From assembly GCA_951406725.2 (NCBI GenBank), contig OX597819.1, positions 105,958,001-106,022,000 on the forward strand: a stretch of 64,000 nt of DNA, in the 5' to 3' direction. Numbering within the stretch: the stretch's first letter is position 1; each line of letters opens with the position of its first letter. Under the pieces are notes generated by a model. The model was not told where the DNA came from. It saw only the letters and a program-made list of their open reading frames with translations, and made no database searches. The position numbers and the translations under genes are program-made. This stretch comes from Octopus vulgaris (lineage: Eukaryota). Shown here piece after piece: positions 27,906-41,070 of this stretch.

Positions 27906-30149
27906 TCGAAACTTTAATAATAATTCTTTCTAAGTTTAGCACAAGATCAGCAATTTGAGAACTGTAATAGCAGTTAAAATCGTGGGAACGCTATCTGGCC
28001 CTGGTCTTTGATGCTATTTTACACATAGATAAAAGATGACTGAAATGGCTCTGACCAGGTCACAGTTGGAAGAAAATTATAGCCTTCACGTGTGGTTAGC
28101 TGATTTTGTATGGGAATCGGAGGGACTTTGTGAATGTTATATAGATGGTTTCAAAACTTCTACAAAATTCTGTTGTACTCTAAGGTAGGGCAAAATTATT
28201 GATGAGTTATAGTTTTAGAGCTCTGTTGACCTTTATAGATAAAATTTGAGTAATCAGAATCACTGAGTGCCGATACAGTGGCGCCGCCATATAGAGTGAC
28301 ACATATATCAATATAAAAATCAACATTGATTCAAAGCATGCATACATTCACGCACACACAGATATGTGCGTGTGTGTATGTGTGTGAATGTGCGTAAATA
28401 TGTCAGCGTGTGTCTGTGTGAATGTGTATGTGTGTATTAGTGTGCTTGCATGCATGTGTGATTATGTGCATGTTTGTGTGCTATCTCGAGACGAATACCG
28501 TAATGTATCCAGCTTTCAGTGATGTATCTGCTTTTTGTATGACATAAAGGCAACTATTTTCAACTAATACGAATTTTTATTCAGCTCGCCGGCTAATTTC
28601 GTCATCAGTGATTTCTCAGTTAGTGTTTTACTATACCAGTAGTGTGTGATATTGTTTTAGCTTGCGCTTAACAGTGGATACCTACTCCTGACGATGCTCC
28701 AAGAGGCAGAGATATAGTATGCGCAACCGAAACCCCTGTGAATAGGGGCGTCCTATGTGACGACCTAGATGAGATGTTCAAACAGGCATTAGTGTAATTC
28801 GAACCCACTACTCAAGGAACCGGTGCAGATAGTGCAAGGCTTCCATTTTCTCGTTCTGCATATCCTACCAACTCGGATTTGTAGCTTTTTATAGATCCCA
28901 GAAGATTGAAACTGAAATTTGACCTTGGTGCGTTTTAAACCCAGTGCTGAGAGTTGAAACAGATAGCAAATGTTATAAATCATTCTATCCGAGGCAATAA
29001 AGACTCTGCCAATTCACCGTCTATGTATGTATGTATGTATGTATGTATGTATGCATGTATGTATAAATATATATGTGTGCGTGGGCTTATATTATACATA
29101 CATACACACATATATATTATATATACAATATATATATACATGAAAAAAAAATATATATCTTCTTTGAATGATTTTGTGAATGTATTTAAATACACGTGAG
29201 TTGGTGTATGTGTGTGCGTAGACTTAATCTGCGACGCCTGGGTTAACTTTGTAATTTGACTAGAAGATGCCTTCAAGCGGAATCTATACTATTTCTAGAC
29301 TCCTTCAGACTACGTCTCCATTTCAAGGGAAACTCCATATTTTGACGCACTGTTTCTCACTCTCTCTACTGCACCAGCCGCTGTGTCGTGGTTTTCTTAT
29401 TCGCTCACCAAACAGTCTCGGAGACATTCCAAAGGTCATAGGTGCTGTCCTTCCTTCTTTCACTAAGCTATAAAACTAGAATACAGGACAGGCTATATTT
29501 CTTCTTATCTGTGTATAATAATCAGGAAGAAAAAAAAGAGAACTGATCATCTTTGGAAATGATATACAAGATATTAATGTTCACTTCTCTTGATATAAAA
29601 CACTGGCATGTCTAACAAATACGTTATTACTTCACAGGGAGTGATTGGCATTCACTTTCGAATACTTTGATATGTTACTGCATCTTTTCATGTCATATAT
29701 TTTATTAGCTGAATAAAATATTATATCTGGAAGCGAATCCGCTGCATAATGAGACACGTTTGGAAAATATATGTATGGAATGGGAATTCACAAGCATAGT
29801 ATTCTATTACATAAGTTACAGTTTAAAGCAAACATAAAGTTATTTTATTTTTGCGTATGCAGCATTTGCAGTAATATCTGTAAACCAAATGAAATTTTAT
29901 AAGTAATGCATGTCATGAGATCACAGCTTAGATCGGTGTATACTTTATTTTAATATATTACTCACATAGTTATGTTAATGTGGAGTGAATTACGCAAAAG
30001 TATCAGAAATTATAAATGAGCTGGGGGAAAAAAAAGCCAATCAAGCTAAATAATATTAACAGCAGCAGCAGTAGCAGCAGCAGCACCTCCCACCACCACC
30101 ACCACCAACAACAAAAACAACAAAAACAACAATAATAATGATTGTTTCA

Positions 30150-30320
30150 AAGTTTGCCACAAGGGCAGCAATTTTAGGGGAGAGTTAAGTCGATTACATC
30201 TACCTCGGTATTGAACGGGTACTTATTTTACTGACCCCGAAAGAATGAAAGGCAAAGTCGACCTCAGCGGTACTTTAATTCAGAACGTAGCGTGCTAACC
30301 ATTTTGCCAGCTCACTGCCA
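30150..30320 (-). mobile_element. SINE family A monomer with internal deletion
   Basis: gaccccgaaagaatgaaaggcaaagtcgacctc...gccagctcactgcc. Confidence 0.8.
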
Positions 30321-30331
30321 TAATAATAATG

Positions 30332-30384
<53 letters not shown>

Positions 30385-30385
<1 letters not shown>

Positions 30386-30906
30386 GCTTCTGATCTTAAC
30401 TAATTGGAAGTGTTATCATGTACATTGTTTTGTCTTGGTATAAAAGATGGGCTACAGCAAATATTCTGCTCAATACCACAGATTTGCTTGTCAGTTGTTT
30501 GACCTTAACCAGTTGAGCATGTCCCTTAGTGGCTGACGATATGTGCATCTCTGATCACGAGCAGAAGTAGTGGGGGAGCATCATAGCCATGTGTTGAGAG
30601 GGATTCTTTGGGGTTTGAATAGTTCACCTCTGGAAACATGGGTGGTTCTTTCAACATCCTTAAACAACCCTTATTCAGGGACCGTTTGAGTGGGATGGGC
30701 TACTCAACCTGAAGAAAATTCTAACTGGGCCCCACCTGCAAGGTCATGTGCTGTTTATCTTGATATGAGATCACCATGTCGCGCACATATGGTTGTGATG
30801 CATGTGCCTGGTGTACCTTTATCAGACGGGTAGTCATGATGGGTATATTGGGCTTCGTATACTTTACCCCGGTGTCACTTTGATGGCATGAACTGCTCTC
30901 TCACTC

Positions 30907-30907
<1 letters not shown>
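30385..30907 (+). mobile_element. ~520-bp GC-richer non-coding retroelement segment between (AAT)n tracts
   Basis: Flanked by (AAT)n on both sides. Its 5' part recurs at 9335-9410 next to an R4-like relic. Strand is inferred from the AAT tail. Confidence 0.6.
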
Positions 30908-30944
<37 letters not shown>

Positions 30945-30948
<4 letters not shown>

Positions 30949-31414
30949 TGGAGCATTAGGCATAATATAAAAAACGTATTTCCCAAAACGTAGAAGTTAT
31001 AGCTCGACCCTTAACACTACACTCTATCCGAAATGTACCCTTGTTTGGATCAGACCACATCCTATGCAACATACTATCAGTACAATAGTACAACCCAAAT
31101 AAAACAAACTACAAATACAAAACATACTCTACTGAGTAAATATCCAATAAAATAAATGACCGCCACAGCATATACTCTACATAATTCGCAATATACGCAC
31201 GACACGCTATGCAAGCATTAATAAAACGCAATACTCAAATGAAAGCACATAACAAAATAAACTTATGCAATACAATACTAGGAAGTGTTCGTACTTCCCC
31301 AACAACAATATAAATAAATATGACCTCGGAATGCAGCGCAAACCTTAGTAACACGGATGTGTAGCAGATGATGCAATAGAAATCTGCCTGAAATGATAAA
31401 ACATGTCGAAAAAT

Positions 31415-31415
<1 letters not shown>
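30945..31415 (+). mobile_element. R4/Dong-like LINE 3' end (C-terminus plus 3' UTR)
   Basis: IIGALGII...LFGSDHILCNILSVQ* begins directly after an (AAT)n tract. Confidence 0.6.
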
Positions 31416-31455
<40 letters not shown>

Positions 31456-31474
31456 CATTATTATTATCATTACT

Positions 31475-31830
31475 TTTTTTACTTCTTTCAAATTTGCTTC
31501 CATTTCTTGCCGAGTGTCTTCCCGACTCCTAGGGCAAAGAAACTCATAGTATACATTGGTAGGCCATTAAACCAAACTCAATAGTTCGTTCATTTTATTA
31601 TTATTTTTTTTTAAAGTTAAATTAAAATACATGGGCAGCAACAGTTCTCACATCGACAATGCTCTTCTCAATACGTATGATGTACCAGTTAAGACAATCT
31701 TTTGCACTTCTTGCAGGGATGGTAAGCCAGGGATCATTCTCATATAATTTTCGGTTCCCTTCTTGATCATTCCTAGTGCTCCTACGATCACTGGTATTGT
31801 AACCGCCTTGAGATGCCACATTTTCTCAAT
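31475..31830 (-). mobile_element. R4/Dong-like LINE 3' end
   Basis: EKMWHLKAVTIPVIVGALGMIKKG...IPGLPSLQEVQKIVLTGTSYVLRRAL, the C-terminus of an RLE-type non-LTR ORF. Flanked by (TAA)n tracts on both sides. Confidence 0.85.
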
Positions 31831-31883
31831 TATTATCATTATCATTATTATCATTATTATCATTATTATTATCATTATTATTA

Positions 31884-31979
<96 letters not shown>

Positions 31980-32338
31980 ATGACGGCGTGTGGTACTGTC
32001 TGTGACTCAGTAATTTTTCAAAAACTAAAACATAAACAAACGTTTCGGGCAGAGATAGGGTCAGAATGTAAGTTTTCTTTACAGTTAAACTAAACCGATA
32101 TATCACGGATCAACTCACCAAAGAGATTCAAATATGCTAATGAATAACATACAATGGATGATATAACATGAAGAAAAAGTATGATGAAATATTAAAGAAA
32201 TGCAAGAAAATTTAACTGAACGTGAACATATCGGAAGTGAAATATTAAAGGAAACTAGTAAAGAATAATCCACGCAATGTTTCAGAACCCAAACTAGCAG
32301 AGGTCATCGGAAATCGGAATATAATGGCAACGCAACAC

Positions 32339-32384
<46 letters not shown>

Positions 32385-32449
32385 GTAATAATAACAATGA
32401 TATATAACAGTAAACAAGAAGCAAATTCAAATGCCAAATGCTGCCGAGA

Positions 32450-34093
32450 AATAATAAATATTTTAACTACCCTTACAAATAACTGCAACTTTAGACAAAT
32501 GATAGAGGAAATTAAACCATATTTTTAGATGATATTACAAATCAGAACAATATAAGGCGGTAATCAAACTGATGAACTGTCAAAAAATATTTACAAAGGA
32601 AATTCACGAAGTAGATATATTAGGTTTAAAGGAAATAAGTGCGTGATAAATCACAGGAGAAAGTATACAGGTAGTATATGTAATACACAAAAAGGGGTAT
32701 AAATGTTATCTCTGTCTCTGTCTGTCTGTCTCTCTCACGCACAGACATATCAATCAAAATTACATAAAACACTTTGAAGGATAAAATGAACAGTAGTAAA
32801 ATTGAAAACAAATAGATTAACCTACAGTGCGAAAGAAAAGTTAATCATTTGGTGTCACAAGAGTAGGAAGACTTCACAGGAGTAAATATGAAGGAAGCCA
32901 TGAGTAGAAAAAGCAATTCGAAATGGACAGGATCATAAAACAAACAATATAAAAGAGAAAAAATCAGGAAGCAGAAATAAATATTAATTCAACAGATAAA
33001 AGGTAAATCGTTGAGAATTCAAGCATATAAGGACAGAAAATAATCGAACAGAGAAAGAAAAATATTTTTAGAAAATGAAGACGAAAGCAATACAAGTACA
33101 AAATACACAACGTATAGAATATGAGAAATAACTGGATGCAAAATACTGAAAGTAATAAATAAAAAGAACTATCAAAAGAAATAATCAATTAAAAAAAATC
33201 AGAAATTAATATTGATCATGTTGGACAAGAATGGGAAGACAACACAGTGGAAAATATAATGGAAGCCATTAGCAGAAAATAGACACTTTTAAATAACAAA
33301 AGTTGAAAATATTCAAAATTTCATAATAAAGTACTTCCATGTCCTAGCCATAAGACGACTAAATGCTTTGGTAAAATAAGCTGGCCGTCACGTTCTTCAA
33401 AATGACTGACGTACGTAAATCAGACATGTGATGAAATGCGAGAAAGTGGTGAACTTAAAATCTATAAACGAATCATTTGACGGCCTTTCTAAATTCTACA
33501 AAAAATTGACACTATGAAAGAAGATATATTCTTTTCTTCTCTAGGCACAAGGTCAGAAATTTTGGGGGAAGGAGAAAGTCGATTAGATCGACTCCTGTAC
33601 GCAACTGGTGCTTAATTTATCGATCCCGAAAGGATGAAAGGCAATGTCGACCTTGGTGGAATTTGAACTCAGAACATAAAGACAGGCGAAATACCTATTT
33701 CTTTACTACCCACAAGGGGTTAAACACAGAGAGGACAATCAAGGACAGACAAACGGATTAAGTCGATTATATCGATCACAGTGCATAACTGGTACTTATT
33801 TAATCGACCCCGAAAGGATGAAAGGCAAAGTCGACCTCGGCGGAATTTGAATTCAGAACGTAACGGTAGACGAAATTCGGCTACGCATTTCGTCCGGCGT
33901 GCTAACGTTTCTGCCAGCTCGCCCCCTTATGAAAGAAAATATATTAACTCCTCGACAGGAATAATAGAATAATATCAGACCTTTTGCAGAAGGGCTATAA
34001 AAGGCTGTAAAGAACCTAATCCAAAACTTACACTTTACCTCAACTGAATATGTAAAGTTAGTGAGAGTGTTAGAACTCACGGTTATTTCAATA

Positions 34094-34130
<37 letters not shown>

Positions 34131-34350
34131 GTGTCAATAAAAGGTAAAACACAAAACCAAAATCAAATCTTGTTTTAAATATGAGGAAAGTGCACTCCGA
34201 TGAGAAACAATTTCTGGAAATAGTGAAATGTCTGAAGGAATGCACATTATCAGTACGTCTTCTCGGATTGACATATGCCACGCTAAATCAATACATGTAC
34301 TGAGGTAATGCCAACAAGATTAGCATGATTAGGAAAGGCAGCCATTTGGT
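32450..34350 (+). mobile_element. Highly degraded R4/Dong-like LINE interrupted by a SINE
   Basis: A-rich strand with a YKRII-type remnant (YRPIT-like, ~33465) and CRRAIKGCKE (~33985). There is a possible CCHC-region remnant at ~34250-34340. Confidence 0.45.
33533..33928 (-). mobile_element. SINE family A, dimeric form
   Basis: Head at 33928 and two B-box/body units joined at aaagaaataggtatttcg. Confidence 0.88.
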
Positions 34351-34369
34351 CTGCATATATGTGTGTGTA

Positions 34370-34414
<45 letters not shown>

Positions 34415-34421
<7 letters not shown>

Positions 34422-34616
34422 TTAGAGACAAAACCACTATTATGCAAATCAAGTAAAGAAAGACTTAATCCAATACATAAAATTTTTTATATAAATTAAA
34501 TATAATTAAGATTAATTAATCTTAATTATATTTAATTTATATACATTTTTTTATGTATTGGATTAAGTCTTTCTCTATTTGATTTGCATAATAGTGGTTT
34601 TGTCTCTAATTAATAT
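34415..34616. repeat. 202-bp near-perfect palindrome with no spacer
   Basis: Centre aagattaattaatctt (34515/34516). The arms match with few mismatches, and the element abuts a (TA)n tract. Confidence 0.95.
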
Positions 34617-34700
34617 TATATTATATTTTACTATAAAATTGGATTCAATCATAAATCTGATTTTTCCCTGTAAATTTGGATTTATTCCCTAATATTTATT

Positions 34701-34749
<49 letters not shown>

Positions 34750-34759
<10 letters not shown>

Positions 34760-34920
34760 TCGTAAATATGTATGCGTATGTATATCTATATATATATATA
34801 TATATACTCGTAAATATGTATGCGTATGTATATATATATATATATACTCGTAAATATGTATGCGTATGTATATGTATGTATATATATATATACTCGTAAA
34901 TATGTATGCGTATGTATATG

Positions 34921-34955
<35 letters not shown>

Positions 34956-34976
34956 TCGTAAATATGTATGCGTATG

Positions 34977-34985
<9 letters not shown>
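34750..34985. repeat. Minisatellite tactcgtaaatatgtatgcgtatgta x5 within (TA)n
   Basis: Copies at about 34757, 34805, 34845, 34891 and 34953. Confidence 0.92.
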
Positions 34986-35024
<39 letters not shown>

Positions 35025-35031
35025 CATACAA

Positions 35032-35065
<34 letters not shown>

Positions 35066-35168
35066 CTTATACTGGGTGTTTAAGGGTTCAGCAAGTAGAA
35101 TAATAGGTTAGAGACTAAGGATATCATTATAATGAAAACTATAAATCTTGTGAAATACAGCTACCCAG

Positions 35169-35252
35169 GGTTCCTGGTCGAGACATTAATTTGTTTCACC
35201 ATATATCAAGCTTGATAAATGATTAAATAAATTAACGTTTAGACCAGGAACC
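35169..35252. repeat. 84-bp imperfect palindrome centred on aagctt
   Basis: ggttcctggtc...tatcaag|cttgata...gaccaggaacc. Confidence 0.88.
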
Positions 35253-35283
<31 letters not shown>

Positions 35284-36117
35284 TATATAATTGGTGCTCT
35301 GAATTGGGTAACCAAAGTGCATGTCGATGTTAAACCACAGCGTATCGTCAGTGAAAACTTAAGTGACAGAACAAATAAAGAAAAAAGTAAGTTGGACAAC
35401 CACAAAAAGGAAGATTGTTTTTACTTTTGTACGTACGAAAGGTTTGTGAGTTGATAATTAAACTCTGAAAAATACAAAATGACTTTGGCTATCTATTGTG
35501 GCCTATTCATGTTCAAGTATATATTTTTGTTAACATTCATTTTCCAATCTCTGGTTTCAATCAAAATATTACTGACTCACAATTAATTAACTCTCCTTTT
35601 CATGATCTCGTACTTCCCTCTCTTTTTCATGTCCTTTCTTTCCCACTGTGCATACTTGTTATTCTACTTCGCTCTCTGTCTCTTTGGTATATTTATTTAG
35701 TCATACACTCGTTTCACTTACTTTATCATGTATTTTATATTTTTGTTTACACATTTTATTGTTATCCTATTTAATATCTTCTTTCTTACGTTCTTTCCAT
35801 ATTTATTTTCTATTTTTTCTTTTTCTCTTAATGTTTTCTCTGTCCCTCTTCTCTGCGTCTTATTTTACCATCTCTCAATTGTTTCTGAGTTCCTCTTTTC
35901 CTTTCTCTGCCGATTGCTTTAAGTTTCTCTCGCAAAATATACCTCGCCATGTACCCAACTCACAACATTAGTTTTCTGTAACTTAATACAACAAATCCAT
36001 AACAATAAGCATCGACATGCACTTGGAACAGTTAATGTAGGTTTCAAAGCAAACATGGTCAAATGCACCTATAATCTAATAATAAAATTTAGGCTTATCG
36101 TGATTTCTCATATACAA

Positions 36118-36177
<60 letters not shown>

Positions 36178-36184
36178 ACATACA

Positions 36185-36401
36185 CGAGAGGGTGCTGAAA
36201 AGTTCCTGGCTTTAAGGTTATCGTGAAGAGACTAGCTGGAGCAACAAAGGTCCGCGTTCTTTTAAAGAGAATAGAAAAACTGAAGGACTAATACAATAAG
36301 TATGTGAATCTGAGAGGGGGATCTGTTGAATAAGATCATAATTAGTTGATCTTCTTGTATTTTCTTTTACCCAAAACCAGGCACTTTTCAGCAAACCCTC
36401 G
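36185..36401 (+). mobile_element. Mariner-derived MITE (217 bp)
   Basis: ~25-bp TIRs cgagagggtgctgaaaagttcctgg / ccaggcacttttcagcaaaccctcg. The interior retains the mariner C-terminus IEKLKD*YNKYVNLRGGSVE*. Confidence 0.85.
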
Positions 36402-36518
36402 TACACATACAGACAGAGACACACAAACACACACACACAAATATACACACATACATACACACACGCACGCGCACAGACACACGTATCTTTGTGTTTATAT
36501 TCGTGCAAATGTAAATAG

Positions 36519-36552
<34 letters not shown>

Positions 36553-36553
<1 letters not shown>

Positions 36554-36726
36554 AGAGGGAACTTTTTATCCAATATGTGGAAGCCCTTATGCTAGAAGAA
36601 GATCCGCTATCGTCTCAACCATATGGTGTGCTAAATTTTCGGGAGAACAATTCTTAGTGGTTAAGACCATAGCGGACCTTCGTCTAGCATAAGGTCTTCC
36701 ACATAGTGGTTAAAAAATTCCCACTT
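36553..36726. repeat. Fold-back with ~69-bp arms and a ~36-nt loop
   Basis: tatgtggaagcccttatgctagaagaagatccgctat versus atagcggaccttcgtctagcataaggtcttccacata. Confidence 0.9.
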
Positions 36727-37559
36727 ATATTTATGTATGAAATACTATTTACTGAATCTCAGCTTTTCTTAGATGCTAGACCACTGATGTTAAAATTGAT
36801 GTTATCAAATTAATATCCAATATTTCACCCTTATTCTGATTTGAATTTTGAATTATACACACATACACACACACACACACATATATATATATATCTATAT
36901 ATATATTCATAACTACATATACCGGTATAGGTATAAGTCTGTCTATGTCTGTTTTGAAAGGAACAATATTTCCGGTTTGCACAAAGCTGTGAGTATGATT
37001 GTATGTGCGTGCACTAGCTTTATATTGATTTCTAACAAAAGCGTAAAGTCACATGTATATGGTAATTTCCGATTCCACTGACCTATTACGTGGTCCTTAC
37101 TTTATTTCATGGAGTCCAGATTGATACAGAAAATATTGAACATGGAAGGATTTGAAATCAGCAAGTGAAAATACGTTCATAAATTATTACGATCGTTCGC
37201 ATATCGCTCTAGTTATTCCGTCAATCGATTGTCTTTATATCGATAAACAATATTGCATGTTCATTTGATATCAATGTTTACTATTCTGGATTTTTCAGTA
37301 GTACATAGCAAATATATTATTCTGAAGGAATGGGAGTCTTGCCTGCATAAACAACCTAGCATTATGCGTTTGGCTTGAATTTCTATGCAGAGTGGCGAAC
37401 ATTAGAGATGTGTGAGTTTCATGCTTTCGTTGTATTAGTTAAAAAAAAAAAGAGCAAATAGATTGGAACATAGCTAGTAGGTACTTAAAGATTTACTTCA
37501 TTCCTATGAGCGCTTTGAAGTATAATATATTTTTCACAGTCATACGTGCATACATGGAC

Positions 37560-37595
<36 letters not shown>

Positions 37596-37718
37596 ATATA
37601 CACACATGTATGTATGTATATAGAAGGCGGTGCTCCAGCATGGCCGCAGTCAAATGAGTGAAACAAGTAAAAGAGTAAAAGAGTATATGTATGTATGTCG
37701 GTAGGTAGGTATGTGTGC

Positions 37719-37753
<35 letters not shown>

Positions 37754-37894
37754 CATACATACATATATATATGTTTATATGTATATATATGCATTTATAT
37801 ATATATATTCACACAAAGACACGCAGAGATAGAGACACGTGACTAAGCACACACAGGCACATATATATTCATATATTACACATACGTATATACA

Positions 37895-38665
37895 TAGTGT
37901 GGTGAATAAATTGAAATGAAATTGACGCTTCCAGTCGACTTCGGAATCTCCTGAGGCTCTACCGGACGGTCTCATTGTTCAAGTTGGTGAATGCTGCCAT
38001 AATCGTTGCCTTCAGGACATCTCTGGTGTTACAAAGAGATTGTTGGTCTCTCGTTCAACTGCACCCCACACCACAGTCAAGAGATTTGCAGTCTGGGGAG
38101 TTAGGGTGACGTGGTCGAGTGGCATAATGCAGAGCCGTGTTTCCAAACATAATATCCTCCAGTAGCCATCCTCTTAACCCAGGTAAGACAACCGCCTCCA
38201 AACACTCGATGTAGGCCTCCGTTTTGAAGGTGAGGCTGTGTGGGAACATGGATGGAGGCATGAGGTCCCCATCACTAGTGATCACTCTAAACACCATGAT
38301 CTCTTGAAGGCGGTACCCCGGCATGGCGTCTGTCCAATCATTAAAATAAGTAAAAGATAAAGGTCCATCTACGTATGTACATATGTACGTACGTACCTCG
38401 CCCCTCCCTCCCTACCTACCTTCCTATATACCTACATATATACCGACTTACCTTCTTACCTCTGTAGCTCTCATTTTGTCTTAATTGATCAACCTCTGCA
38501 CATATGACTCTTTGTTCTGTGAGTTCACCAGCTGACCCTGACAGAAATTGTTCTCGTCAGAGAAAAACCAAAGCATGTTCGGTTGGAGGGGATGCATTGA
38601 GTTTGTTCAAAGTTTCGTTGCGCGATCTCTCCACTTGTCTCCGATAGCTTGGGATAAAAATTGGT

Positions 38666-38668
<3 letters not shown>
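37895..38668 (-). mobile_element. Second maT (DD37D) relic, interrupted by a templated insertion
   Basis: VITSDGDLMPPSMFPHSL..TEAYIECLE.VVLP, PNSPDCKSLD and WFFSDE; similar to 18290-19388. Confidence 0.85.
38299..38516 (+). repeat. ~210-bp dispersed duplicate of 41153-41362
   Basis: Near-identical sequence consisting of a SINE tail plus non-SINE flank. Confidence 0.92.
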
Positions 38669-38701
<33 letters not shown>

Positions 38702-39300
38702 GCTCTCTTAGAAGAGAGGAGTTTTAACGCATACTGCATTTACTTAGAGTTAAAATATTAATGCATACCTACATGCATAATTACAAAAAACATACACAAG
38801 CACACACACACATAATCACACCCACACACACCCACAGACACACACATACACACACACAAGCACAATTATATATTTGAGTGTGGGAGGCAACGTGCTCTTG
38901 GGTTAGAATTGCATATACAGTTGTCAATTCAAGCAGAAGTTTTTAGCGTTCTAAAGTAATTTGAAAGTTATACACTATTAACGCGTATAGGCATCTAATA
39001 TCTACGAAGATAAATGAGTTTTCTTTCTATGATGAAATTCTAATATGTCTAGTGTCTCATTCATATTCATATGAATCTAAAATTCTTTAGGAAGAGAGAT
39101 GGAGAGAGAAAAAAGGAGAGAGAGAAAGAGAGTTAGAGAGAGAAGTATACATACAATAGAACAAGGAGAAATAAGCTTTGGGCTATATCCGATGTCTTTG
39201 CTTTTCAAGGAGTATATAAAATAGAGTGTTATGTACTCCATGAAATGCGATATTTGCAAGTAGGTGTGTGTATGTATATAAGGACGTATGTGGCGACTAC

Positions 39301-39353
<53 letters not shown>

Positions 39354-39415
39354 TCCAAGATTCAATAGAATTGGAATCAACAAATATACTCCATCAGGTA
39401 AGAGATAAATATCAA

Positions 39416-39514
39416 TTTAAAGACACAACGAAAGGAGCTAGTAATAGCTTCATGCCTGTTCAAGTATCATAATTGCAGGGAGCTGTTAGTAGCTCTTTCG
39501 GTTGTGTATTTAAA
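39416..39514. repeat. Fold-back with ~40-bp arms
   Basis: tttaaagacacaacgaaaggagctagtaatagcttcatgc versus the reverse complement tttaaatacacaaccgaaagagctactaacagctccctgc. Confidence 0.8.
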
Positions 39515-39823
39515 AGTATACATACATACATACCTTTCGGGTTTGTTTATAAAAAATATTATTTATGTACTACATACATATATACACATATATATAATAA
39601 AATTTATATATATATAATAAATTGTAATTATATATATAGATGTATATATATAAGGGTACAGGACGTCGCCAACATTGCAAATAACACGAAATACGTAACA
39701 AAAAGGGGAAAACGAGTGAAATACGTAAAGAATGAGAAAAATTGAAAACAGGACATGTAAACACAGGGAAAGTACCCTTTGTCAGATGATGGCTTTCTAT
39801 CTACTCCTCCTTTCGAGCATTTC

Positions 39824-39854
<31 letters not shown>

Positions 39855-40599
39855 ACACATGTACACGCTCACACATATTATATTTATATGTATACATATC
39901 AATTAATGTATCACGAAACAGTAGGTTCACCACATCACTTTCATGAACTTACAGGGTTTTCTTTTTATTCTGCACTAAGAAACCATATACATATAGATAT
40001 ATACACAATCTTTAGCGGTTTATCTTTTAAGTAACCCTGATGTTCTGGTGATCTGATGGGTTAGTTTTCTTTATTTTCATTGATTTGTGAATATGCAATT
40101 GTAGTGTATGATGCTTAGCCTGCATATCAATACAGACATAAACGTAATTAAACATAATTTATCATTAGCATAATCTATTGGACAGTGAAATTATTTTTAC
40201 ACGATGAAGATTGCTAAACATCCGAAATACTAAGAAAGTCAAACAGTTAAATACATATCTTATAACTCTTGATTTTTATCTTTTATATACTACTCATGTA
40301 AGAATTTCATCGATCGGTCGCTTGGATTTCTATTGCATTGAACTTTGCATTATACTCCTCTGCATTGGATTACTCTGTCCTCCGTTAGCTGAGTCCCTGA
40401 GTCCGTTAGAGGAACTTTTTCTGAAAGCCGCGTGATTCTATGAATCGATACCTTACCCTACAGATTAACACCCCCCACACACACACACGCATACATACAC
40501 CACCCACACCTATATGGAATAAATATTTAAAAAAATTTAAATCCATTAATTATATAAAAATTTCGAAGATATTCCCTCCCATATGATGAGTTCATCTAT

Positions 40600-41070
40600 T
40601 TTCATTCAAGTTTCAACGGAACAATGCCATCTCTGGCAAATGGTCATTCATCCTGTTTCCTACTTTGAGCGAGTTTATGTAGAGAAACATTTCACAAAAG
40701 CCTTTATTCTTCACTCTTTGACCCTTACCGTGAAACTTGGTGATTGGTGTCTAATGATTTGGGAAATTATATCAAGGAATTCTCTTGTTGGAATTCTCTC
40801 AATGTTGTACAAGACTAAGTTTACGCCAAGGATTATCCGACTATTTTGACGGCCAATATCCATCTTATAGTACAATCACAGTTCCCTGATTGTAGTGCAA
40901 TCTTCTATGAGGATACCACACTGCATCATTCAAGTAATGGCAGAGACGCTTCGCATATGCTCCCACAATCAATGGATCTCTATATAGCTGAGCATTTATG
41001 GTGGATTTTAAAGCAGAACGTGAGGAGATATTCCTTCCCCCAATATCACTAAGAGAACTAAACCGTTCAG
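40600..41070 (+). mobile_element. Tc1-like transposase fragment
   Basis: RVYV, TVKLGDWCLMIW, FPDCSAIFYED and PQSMDLYIAEHLW (PQSPDLNIIEHLW-like). Confidence 0.75.

Noticed and set aside
35290-36070. Distant inverted match aagtgcatgtcgatg / catcgacatgcactt
   Set aside because: Only a short core is convincing. It may be an old fold-back, but its boundaries are not supportable.
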